Source of the DNA: Bacilli bacterium
Lineage (GTDB): Bacteria > Bacillota_I > Bacilli_A > ML615J-28 > CAG-698
NCBI GenBank assembly: GCA_050953065.1
Contig: JBMNLZ010000003.1
Span: 448,001-512,000, forward strand
Direction: 5' to 3'
DNA: 64,000 nt
In this document: piece after piece, positions 50,391 through 59,666 of the stretch
How the letters are laid out: every line of letters starts with the position of its first letter
Numbering within the stretch: position 1 is the first letter of the stretch
Position numbers and translations under genes: made by a program
The notes under the pieces: model-generated
The model's input: the letters and a program-made list of their open reading frames with translations, nothing else
Told to the model about the DNA's origin: nothing
The model's database searches: none

Positions 50391-53300
50391 TATTAAACTC
50401 CTATAAAGGAATAATATTCACGCTGTAGAAGTTAGCAAAATTAAAGGTGACATCTAGTTACAACTCCTATAAAGGAATAATATTCACATAGAGAAAGTGT
50501 CAAAGTATTGGTGGACACTCTGTTACAACTCCTATAAAGGAATAATATTCACGATTATGAAAATTGAAAAAAATGGAAAGGAGTTAGAGTTACAACTCCT
50601 ATAAAGGAATAATATTCACGAACTAGTGAATGGTCAGTGGAAGTTGACTACTATGTTACAACTCCTATAAAGGAATAATATTCACGGTATGAATTCCCTG
50701 ATAAGACTTCAGGACCTAGAGTGTTACAACTCCTATAAAGGAATAATATTCACAAGAAGCTAAGAAAGTTAAAGAAGCTGAGACTTTGTTACAACTCCTA
50801 TAAAGGAATAATATTCACGAATTAACTGAACTATATAATGATAATCTAGATTTGTTACAACTCCTATAAAGGAATAATATTCACAGGGAATCCGTTTACA
50901 ATGGCCACTGAGAAAGACCGGTTACAACTCCTATAAAGGAATAATATTCACAAAATGTAGTAGAAAGTACTGCTGAAACAGTTATGGGTTACAACTCCTA
51001 TAAAGGAATAATATTCACAAGTATTGGTAGACACTCTTACTGGAGCCATCCAGTTACAACTCCTATAAAGGAATAATATTCACGATAAGTGTGGCCAAAC
51101 TCTTCCGAAAGACCAAATGTTACAACTCCTATAAAGGAATAATATTCACTCATAAAGGAGTTCCCGCAGAGAAACTTCTTATCAGTTACAACTCCTATAA
51201 AGGAATAATATTCACGAAAACAGCAAGAATAGTGCTGTAAGGGCTGCTATGTTACAACTCCTATAAAGGAATAATATTCACATTCATACGTTTTTTAAAA
51301 ATAATTATTCTCTAGGTTACAACTCCTATAAAGGAATAATATTCACAAGTTTAAAGCTGGAGAAAAAACTATCAGTTATTACGTTACAACTCCTATAAAG
51401 GAATAATATTCACTGGGTAATGGACACTCATAATTGTGAAGTGATAAAAGTTACAACTCCTATAAAGGAATAATATTCACAAGATGAAAAATTCTGGGTT
51501 TGTCGCATTGACAAGTTACAACTCCTATAAAGGAATAATATTCACAAGTGAAAATAAATATAAATATTTCTTGACTTTAAGTTACAACTCCTATAAAGGA
51601 ATAATATTCACATTTTTATGAGAAGAGTAAAGATAAGTATCATATGTTACAACTCCTATAAAGGAATAATATTCACTCAACCGAAAGGTTGATTTTTTGT
51701 TTAAAAAAATGTTACAACTCCTATAAAGGAATAATATTCACAAGCTACTACGTAATATGGTGAATGACCTCTTACGTTACAACTCCTATAAAGGAATAAT
51801 ATTCACGTTACAACATTTGAATATTTTTTCAATGTATTTATGTTACAACTCCTATAAAGGAATAATATTCACAAAGACAAAGTAGCGATATTATATATGA
51901 TAATTAGTTACAACTCCTATAAAGGAATAATATTCACAAATGAAAAAAATTACTAAAGAAGTGTTAGAAAGTTACAACTCCTATAAAGGAATAATATTCA
52001 CATTTGAATATGTTAAGAAACCGATTAACATTTAAGTTACAACTCCTATAAAGGAATAATATTCACATTTAAAAATAAGAAGAAAAGGAGTTATCATGAA
52101 AAGTTACAACTCCTATAAAGGAATAATATTCACCTAGAATCGCTGAAATGGAAGCTCAATTAGCTCTAGTTACAACTCCTATAAAGGAATAATATTCACA
52201 TAGAATAAAGTTTTTAAATAATAAACAATATCAAGTTACAACTCCTATAAAGGAATAATATTCACTTGTAGCCGAAAAAAGAGTTCCATCAGAAGCTGAG
52301 TTACAACTCCTATAAAGGAATAATATTCACGATTTTGATTTAAACAAAAAAATTGAAATTGAGACAGTTACAACTCCTATAAAGGAATAATATTCACTCG
52401 CACCATCTACCACAAGAGAAGTTTTCATCAGAGTTACAACTCCTATAAAGGAATAATATTCACGTAGTAAAAGGGGGGCGCTAGTTTGAAATCTTTAGTT
52501 ACAACTCCTATAAAGGAATAATATTCACAGACTAAAAACGGAAAGGATTGGCGAACAAGTATTGTTACAACTCCTATAAAGGAATAATATTCACAATAGA
52601 AAATGCACTTTAAAAAAAAGAGTTGAAAAGTTACAACTCCTATAAAGGAATAATATTCACAATTTTAAAACTGTTTATAAACCTAGTTCTATAAAGAGTT
52701 ACAACTCCTATAAAGGAATAATATTCACTATAATGATAGTATTTGGTTTAATAGGCTTTATTGTTACAACTCCTATAAAGGAATAATATTCACGTTTATT
52801 TTTGTACATATACTATTAATGATGAATTTATGTTACAACTCCTATAAAGGAATAATATTCACAAGAAATGAATAAAAATAACGAACTAAACAAAAGACAG
52901 TTACAACTCCTATAAAGGAATAATATTCACAGTAAAGGAAATAGTTATATTTTAAGTGATGGACTTTGTTACAACTCCTATAAAGGAATAATATTCACGG
53001 TTTATTAGGAGATAGCAACTAAGTGGGCGGTAGTTACAACTCCTATAAAGGAATAATATTCACAAAAAACGGGTGAGATATTAAATATTCATGAAGTTTA
53101 GTTACAACTCCTATAAAGGAATAATATTCACAGTTAGTCAAAAAAGTTAGGGGGTGAAAAAGAATGTTACAACTCCTATAAAGGAATAATATTCACATGA
53201 GTATGAATGAATTTGAAGTAGGCGAAGTTGTAGTTACAACTCCTATAAAGGAATAATATTCACATAGTGTCATCAAGTTTTAATTCTCTTGCACGTAGTT

Positions 53301-53724
53301 ACAACTCCTATAAAGGAATAATATTCACAGTTAGGAGTTGAAGAAATAAATGGGAAAACCATGTTACAACTCCTATAAAGGAATAATATTCACATGATGG
53401 AACAGACAACAAATAAATTCATTCCAAGTTACAACTCCTATAAAGGAATAATATTCACTTAACTAAGTCTGTGCCAAATAGTATGCCAACATCAGTTACA
53501 ACTCCTATAAAGGAATAATATTCACATATTTATGTATTATATAATAGAGTTAGTCAAAAAAGTTACAACTCCTATAAAGGAATAATATTCACACAGTGTA
53601 AGCGCTGGAATAGATGTAACTATTAAGTTACAACTCCTATAAAGGAATAATATTCACTTGAAAAAGTAGATAAAAACGGGAAAATTTATCAAAGTTACAA
53701 CTCCTATAAAGGAATAATATTCAC
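50391..53724 (-). CRISPR. CRISPR array: 51 repeats of 31 bp (transcribed as GTGAATATTATTCCTTTATAGGAGTTGTAAC), 50 spacers of ~33-38 bp
   Basis: Repeat GTTACAACTCCTATAAAGGAATAATATTCAC on +; degenerate terminal copy at 50391 and AT-rich leader next to cas2 give minus-strand orientation. Confidence 0.98.
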
Positions 53725-53885
53725 AGCTCAAAAATATATTCATTCATATTTTTGGATGTGTTTATTTCTATTTTTATAATTTTCTTATATTTTTTTAAAA
53801 AAACAATTATTTTTTTATCGACCATCGACTTTTTTAAATCGTTTTTTACAGTAAAATTTACTGAGTTTTAATCGATGGTCGAAAA
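53725..53885 (-). promoter_or_regulatory. CRISPR leader with 11-bp inverted repeat
   Basis: AT-rich, non-coding; TCGACCATCGA (53818-53828) / TCGATGGTCGA (53872-53882). Confidence 0.8.
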
Positions 53886-54146
53886 TTATATAACAATTTC
53901 TTGCTTTCTTTCTTTTCCAATATAGTTTTTTACTAAATATTTATCTGAAAGCATTTCATATATTACGATACTATCATAATCTTTATCAGTAACATTATCT
54001 AATTCTATTTTTAAATCTCTTAACTGTTTATAAGTTAGATTCCCTTCAAATACAGATTCTTGAAGATGATATAAATAACGCCTTAATATCTTCATCACTT
54101 TTACACATCTTTTAGCTTCTACATCATATGATATTATTACATACAT
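53886..54146 (-). CDS. cas2: CRISPR-associated Cas2
   Basis: MYVIISYDV, LYHLQESVFEG, DSIVIY. Confidence 0.96.
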   Translation of the reverse strand: MYVIISYDVEAKRCVKVMKILRRYLYHLQESVFEGNLTYKQLRDLKIELDNVTDKDYDSIVIYEMLSDKYLVKNYIGKERKQEIVI

Positions 54147-54147
54147 A

Positions 54148-55146
54148 TTACCACCCCATTTTAAAGCCTACATATCGTTCTTTTTCTTTAATATGATTTG
54201 ATAATTTATGTATCTCTTTACTTATAATTTGATTATATGATAAATTGTTTTTTGATAAATTTGTTTTAATAGTTGATTTTAAATTGTTTTCTATTTCTTC
54301 AATAAAGATTTTAGCTCCTTCTTTATTTAAATAAATACCCTCTTTGTATTCAAAAAAATGTGTTTTTAGAATTTGTTTTTTATTTATCATTCTAAAAATA
54401 AGTCTATCAATTAGCACAGGTTTAAAGATATCTGCAATATCGAATTGCAAGCCTTCTTTTCTTCTTGCATTACTATGAATAAAAGGGAAAGAAATATGCA
54501 AACTAGAACGATGAATTTTGTTAGCTATTAAAGAATATAACAGAGCATAACCATAACTCATCAAAGCATTTACTTCATCCTTAGGAGGATTTTTAGTTCT
54601 TTTTAAAAAACTAAATTCATTGTTTCTAATAATTTCAGAAAAAGAACTATAATATATTTGTTTGGCTTTAGCCTCATAAATCATTAGTTCATCATATTTT
54701 TTAAGTTCACATTTTTTTATGTTTTTTAAGACTTCACTTAATTCATTTATTTCAGAATTTAAAATAGCATATTTTTTATGATAATATTTTAAAAGAGCTA
54801 AGCAATTATAAATTGAAGAATATGTAATCTCTTTTGCAACATAATTTCTTTTAATATCATCATTTAAACACATTACTTGCTTAACAATTACCTTTCCAAA
54901 CTTTGGAAAGTTTGGAATAAAACTTCCTAAATATTTACCATAATATGAAAAGAAATTAACACTAATATAATTATCATTTAAAATAGAAATCGTATTTTTA
55001 TTTAAAGTTATTTGTGAGAAAGCATTAATTTGTTCAATTTGATTTACAGGTAAATACGTTTTATTGTTTTTAGAATCAATTAATACAAGACTATTGTCTT
55101 GTCTTAATAGTTCACCATGAGAATATAAATAATATCTATTCTTCAT
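54148..55146 (-). CDS. cas1: CRISPR-associated Cas1 (I-B-like sequence type)
   Basis: GELLRQDNSL, FFSYYGKYLGSF, EA..KQIYY, PPKDEVNALMSYGY, DIADIFKP. Confidence 0.96.
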   Translation of the reverse strand: MKNRYYLYSHGELLRQDNSLVLIDSKNNKTYLPVNQIEQINAFSQITLNKNTISILNDNYISVNFFSYYGKYLGSFIPNFPKFGKVIVKQVMCLNDDIKRNYVAKEITYSSIYNCLALLKYYHKKYAILNSEINELSEVLKNIKKCELKKYDELMIYEAKAKQIYYSSFSEIIRNNEFSFLKRTKNPPKDEVNALMSYGYALLYSLIANKIHRSSLHISFPFIHSNARRKEGLQFDIADIFKPVLIDRLIFRMINKKQILKTHFFEYKEGIYLNKEGAKIFIEEIENNLKSTIKTNLSKNNLSYNQIISKEIHKLSNHIKEKERYVGFKMGW

Positions 55147-55855
55147 ACTTAAGCATACCAAACCCCATTGAATTTTTAGATCCAATCCCTGTATTAAGAA
55201 TAATATTTAAAATAGCTTGATCTAGATTTTCAAAGGTAATACTTATATCATATGCTTTAATGAAACTCTTTTTAAAATGCATTAGTCTACTCTTTTTTTC
55301 AATAATTTCAGGAATTAAAAATAGAGGGCATTCTCTATCAAAAGTTAATGCATATTTCTTTTTAATATTATTAATTATAGAATTTTTAAATTTTTCATCA
55401 TTTGGACTAAAGTAATTAGTTCTTTTTTCATCTTCTTCATAGCAAGTAACTGGTGAAATACTACTAAAAGTCATTTTCTCTTTTATAGGGAAAAAATCTT
55501 TCAAATTATCATAACCATTGTGTTCAACAATGTTTTTACCAATTTGAACAAATTGGTTCATGCTTAAAAATTCTGAAACCTTTATAGCTATATCCTCATC
55601 CATACACGCTAAATCAAAATAAGCATTTGAAAGAAATGTAATTTCTTTGGAACTAGCTAAATATTTAAATTCCCCAAACAAATCACTAATTGTAAACATT
55701 TTAAATTTTCTATTTTCAAACCTATTACCTTCATTATGCAATTGCTTAAATTTTTCATCACTGCCAAGCATTGTATAAACCAAACTTTGAATATAGTGTT
55801 TATAATTAATAGGAATTGTTTTTCCCTTTAAAGCTAATTTAATTCTTACTCTCAA
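55136..55855 (-). CDS. cas6: CRISPR-associated endoribonuclease Cas6
   Basis: LHNEG, FKMFTIS, SISPV, GIGSKNSMGFG; TTG start after GGAGG. Confidence 0.93.
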   Translation of the reverse strand: MRVRIKLALKGKTIPINYKHYIQSLVYTMLGSDEKFKQLHNEGNRFENRKFKMFTISDLFGEFKYLASSKEITFLSNAYFDLACMDEDIAIKVSEFLSMNQFVQIGKNIVEHNGYDNLKDFFPIKEKMTFSSISPVTCYEEDEKRTNYFSPNDEKFKNSIINNIKKKYALTFDRECPLFLIPEIIEKKSRLMHFKKSFIKAYDISITFENLDQAILNIILNTGIGSKNSMGFGMLKYEE

Positions 55856-56534
55856 TAGCTCTACCTCCACCTATAAAATTAGTCTTCCCAAGACCAATTT
55901 CAAAAAAAACTCTATTTATATTCTTTACTTCAAACTCACCAATTAAACCACTTAAATTAAACAATTTATCATTAAATCTATATCTAAATTCATCATAGAT
56001 TTTCTTTTCATTTAGACATTTTAAAGAAATGTCTAAAGAAAAATCACAATTATAATTTTTATTGTAATATTCTAATTGTTTAATTATATTTTCACATTCA
56101 ACAATCGGAGTTATAATTCTAATCTTCCCAGAATAATTATCTTTAGAAATAACTTCTTTTTTATGTTCTAATAATTGATAAAAATATTCGAAGAAATAAT
56201 TACTTTCAAAAAAACTAATTATATAATCTTCATATTTTACTAATTCTTTAAATAAGAAAATATTTATAGTGATAATCTCACCTTGTGAGATTTCTTTTTT
56301 TTCAACAAAATTTCTTTCAATCATTAGTCCTGGATAACTTGTAAAATTTTCTCCACTTATATGATAATAAATACAAGAAGGAGCCAGTTTACAATCAATA
56401 CAATTACCATCAATATTAATACACGTTAATCTTTTAATTTTTTTTATAATTTCATGATAGATTAAATATTTATAGTCTTTATTAAAACTAGCTCCAAAAG
56501 GAAACTTTAAAGTAAATTGATGTTTTATAACCAT
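55839..56534 (-). CDS. Second, divergent Cas6-like RAMP with N-terminal 4-Cys cluster
   Basis: CINIDGNCIDCKLAPSCIY; C-terminal GLGKTNFIGGG loop. Confidence 0.65.
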   Translation of the reverse strand: MVIKHQFTLKFPFGASFNKDYKYLIYHEIIKKIKRLTCINIDGNCIDCKLAPSCIYYHISGENFTSYPGLMIERNFVEKKEISQGEIITINIFLFKELVKYEDYIISFFESNYFFEYFYQLLEHKKEVISKDNYSGKIRIITPIVECENIIKQLEYYNKNYNCDFSLDISLKCLNEKKIYDEFRYRFNDKLFNLSGLIGEFEVKNINRVFFEIGLGKTNFIGGGRAIESKN

Positions 56535-57640
56535 TCTATTTCAACAAATCCTGGGATTTCTTCATAGTTTTCAAATTCTGCACTTGAAACAATATTCATA
56601 GAACCAATTACATATGGTTTAGCAATATCTTTAGCTTTTTTTGGATCTTTACCAGGATTAAAAAAATCATAAAATCTTGTTCTATAGAAGTTTTCATCAA
56701 AAGCATGACCTGCTGATTTAACTATATAATTAGTATTCTTACCTAATTGCATAATTATTTTATTATTTTCTAACTTATTTCTTAGATCAGCAATTTGATT
56801 TAAAGCAGATTTTTTATCAAAGTCTTTTTCATAAGGAATGTTTTTTATGAATGCTTCTTCATACTTCAAAGCATTTAAAACAAAATCTTTATTCATCTTT
56901 TGAAAAAGATTTTTTATATTAACAATTCTATTTGATATTTCTTTATATATAACATATGAAATATTGTTTTTAAATTCAACTTTTGGATTTAATGCTAAAT
57001 TATTTATTAAGATAAATTCATCTTTTTTAAAAGTGTCTTTTTGTATACATTCATAAACTACTGGCATTGGACCTTTTTTTGAAATTCTTGAAATTAAAAC
57101 TACAATTGGTTCATCATCAAATACTACATCCCTACAAATTAATTTTTGATTGCTCAATGTGAATACTTCTCTTTCAACTCTTTCAACTTCTCTTTTATTT
57201 GAAAGATTTGCTTTATACCAATTTCTAATTTCACTATTATTTTTAATAACATCAAACATAATAACATTGATTATATAGCCCTTTAAAGATGAACCTGGTA
57301 TCATCAGTTTTGAATTTGTTTTTATATTTTCATATATATCCAACTGATTAATTTTAGGGCAAGCCATCTTTATTTGATATTCAAAATCAATAGTTTCTAA
57401 TTCTTTAGTAGTCGGAGAAAACAACTCCGCCAATTGTTTTTTAGCTTCTCCTGATGCACTAGCATTAGTTGTTGATAACATTTTTAAAAACTCATTTGAT
57501 AATAAAGTGCTTTTATTTTTTTTGAAAGCTAATTCTAAAATTTTTTCAAATTCATATTTTTTATTTGCTTGAATTAAATAATTAGGATATTTCAATCCAT
57601 TACCAATATGAAGAGGTGATATTATTTTTATATTTTGCAT
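56525..57640 (-). CDS. csm5: Type III-A RAMP Csm5
   Basis: ISPLHIGNG, MIPGSSLKG, QLGK, PGFV; position after csm4. Confidence 0.85.
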   Translation of the reverse strand: MQNIKIISPLHIGNGLKYPNYLIQANKKYEFEKILELAFKKNKSTLLSNEFLKMLSTTNASASGEAKKQLAELFSPTTKELETIDFEYQIKMACPKINQLDIYENIKTNSKLMIPGSSLKGYIINVIMFDVIKNNSEIRNWYKANLSNKREVERVEREVFTLSNQKLICRDVVFDDEPIVVLISRISKKGPMPVVYECIQKDTFKKDEFILINNLALNPKVEFKNNISYVIYKEISNRIVNIKNLFQKMNKDFVLNALKYEEAFIKNIPYEKDFDKKSALNQIADLRNKLENNKIIMQLGKNTNYIVKSAGHAFDENFYRTRFYDFFNPGKDPKKAKDIAKPYVIGSMNIVSSAEFENYEEIPGFVEIEWL

Positions 57641-57649
57641 AAAAACCTC

Positions 57650-58597
57650 CTATACCAAAAAGCCTAAGCCGTTATGATAAACTATAAATTTTTCTCCATT
57701 TTCAGGAACTAAAGAACCAACAACATCTTTAGTTGTTTTAAAAACACTTCCTTCAGTCATACAAGTAATTTCTTTTTTATAGACTCTTTGGCTTGTTAAA
57801 TCAAATTTATTATTTAAAACTGCAATTTTGTAATATGACAAATCATAATCAATATCATTATTATTTAAAACTGTTTTTGACAATAATACTTTTTTCTCAT
57901 TGCTAGAGTTAAAGAATACTTCTTTAAACTCTAAAAATTTAAATAAGTTAATGCCAATTGAACGTTTTCCACCAATTGAAAGATATTCAAATTTTTTCAA
58001 ACTTTCAACAACATCTTTTAAAATCTCATCATTTTCTACTTTTAAATAACAATCAAAGCAGACTTCTTTTTCTAAATAGGTTACCCTATTATAAAACAAA
58101 TTTGTATCATCATTATAATTAACTTTATTTCTAGTTCTTACGATTGATTTATAAGGAGCATCGTATGAAAAACTATCCTTTTCTTCCTTTTTAATCAATA
58201 ATGTATTATCTTGAATTAAAAGATATTCTTGGTTGATAATTTTTTGATTATATGTTTTATTAAATTCAAGATAATTTTTTTGATAATCTTCAAAGATTCC
58301 TTTAGAAACAAACTTAATTTTTTTAGCTTTTTTGATTCTTTTAAAATCATCTAATTTAGCATCGCTTGCTAAATTATCTGGATTTATATCTAAAGGAAAT
58401 GGTAGCGTATTTTCAAAAAAGAATGAAGAAACCAAAAACTGATATTTTTGATTGTTCAAATTATCTAAATAATTTTCCAATTCTTCTTTTCCTAAATTAC
58501 TTTTTAAAGCCATAGCCAAGGCTCCAAAAAAGTTTTGTGAGTCAGGAATAGAAGTAATTGGACCACAATTAATAAACTTTAGTTTATAAATTTTCAT
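57650..58597 (-). CDS. csm4: Type III-A RAMP Csm4
   Basis: IPDSQNFFGAL, VSSFF, IGGKRSIG, TEGSVF. Confidence 0.88.
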   Translation of the reverse strand: MKIYKLKFINCGPITSIPDSQNFFGALAMALKSNLGKEELENYLDNLNNQKYQFLVSSFFFENTLPFPLDINPDNLASDAKLDDFKRIKKAKKIKFVSKGIFEDYQKNYLEFNKTYNQKIINQEYLLIQDNTLLIKKEEKDSFSYDAPYKSIVRTRNKVNYNDDTNLFYNRVTYLEKEVCFDCYLKVENDEILKDVVESLKKFEYLSIGGKRSIGINLFKFLEFKEVFFNSSNEKKVLLSKTVLNNNDIDYDLSYYKIAVLNNKFDLTSQRVYKKEITCMTEGSVFKTTKDVVGSLVPENGEKFIVYHNGLGFLV

Positions 58598-58598
58598 A

Positions 58599-59186
58599 TT
58601 ATAATTCTCTTTCGTTTTTTATAACAACTGCTACCTTACCATATCCTCTTGTACCACTACCACCTAAATAATTTAGTTCTAATAGGTCAAAGCCCTTTTT
58701 AAGACTTTTAGCCATTCCCGTAATATCTTCGTTGTCATATGCATTAATAACTATTTCACTTTCAAAAGAAATTCCCGCTGGGACTCTTTCTGAAATTCTT
58801 GGATTAGCTGCTTTGCCTGTTTTTTTATCAATACTGTTTTCAGTTTTAGCTTCAGTAAATACATTTTTACCTAAAGAATTTTCTAAAGTTTCAATTGATT
58901 CATTAGTTAAATTCATATCTCTAAAAATTACTCTTGAAGGAGCATTTTCATCTGGTTCAAAAATTTTCATATTAGGATCATTATTTAATTCTAAAAGACT
59001 TCTAATTTTGCCTTTAAGGCTGCTGCCTGGAATAATTGGTTGATTATTTAATGGATTCTTAATAACAGGATTATCAATCCCACCAATTCCATAAATTTCT
59101 TTTGAACCACCTATATGAATACCAGTTAATATTTTTAACTCAATTTCCCACACTAATCTTTTTGTTATTCTAATATCTTTACTCAT
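58599..59186 (-). CDS. csm3: Type III-A backbone RNase Csm3
   Basis: TGIHIGG, GGIDNPVIK (catalytic Asp), IPGSSLKGKIR, ANPRISERVP, YLGGSGTRGYG. Confidence 0.95.
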   Translation of the reverse strand: MSKDIRITKRLVWEIELKILTGIHIGGSKEIYGIGGIDNPVIKNPLNNQPIIPGSSLKGKIRSLLELNNDPNMKIFEPDENAPSRVIFRDMNLTNESIETLENSLGKNVFTEAKTENSIDKKTGKAANPRISERVPAGISFESEIVINAYDNEDITGMAKSLKKGFDLLELNYLGGSGTRGYGKVAVVIKNEREL

Positions 59187-59199
59187 TTTTTCCTCCTAT

Positions 59200-59661
59200 T
59201 TATTTTTTAAGATAAGCTACTATACTTTCAAAAAATTTTGAAAAAGTATAAATATCTTTATCAGATTTTAATTTATCATTATTAATACAAACTTTCATTA
59301 ATTCAAAAAAATCTTTTTCAACTAATTCTCGACCTACTGCATAAGCTACTAGTGGTAAAATCATAAACATTTTTTCTAAACCTTTTTCAAAACCATCAGT
59401 TTTAGTTAATTCTTCTGCTTCTTTTACCATAGAATAAATTTTTCTAATTTGATTAGATTTAGTTGATTTAAATCCATTAGCGATTTTATAAGCTTTACCT
59501 TCAGGTAAATACAAATCTTCCTTTGTTAAATATTTAAATAAAGTAAAGTTAGCATTTTTAATTTCTCTAGAAATTACAACAACTTCACTTTCTTGAAAAT
59601 CTCTTCTTTGTTGAAAAGTGTTTTGATTATAATTTCTATTACCATAATTATTTTTATTCAT
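59200..59661 (-). CDS. csm2: Type III-A small subunit Csm2
   Basis: SNQIRKIY, AYAVGR, FFESIVAY. Confidence 0.92.
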   Translation of the reverse strand: MNKNNYGNRNYNQNTFQQRRDFQESEVVVISREIKNANFTLFKYLTKEDLYLPEGKAYKIANGFKSTKSNQIRKIYSMVKEAEELTKTDGFEKGLEKMFMILPLVAYAVGRELVEKDFFELMKVCINNDKLKSDKDIYTFSKFFESIVAYLKK

Positions 59662-59666
59662 AATTT

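Noticed and set aside
52661-52696. Spacer sharing AATTTTAAAAC and TGTTTATAAAC with 34715-34751
   Set aside because: The two pieces are non-contiguous and in reversed order; expected by chance in AT-rich DNA
52863-52899. Spacer containing ATGAATAAAAATAA, matching the csm2 start
   Set aside because: Only ~14 low-complexity nt match; not credible self-targeting
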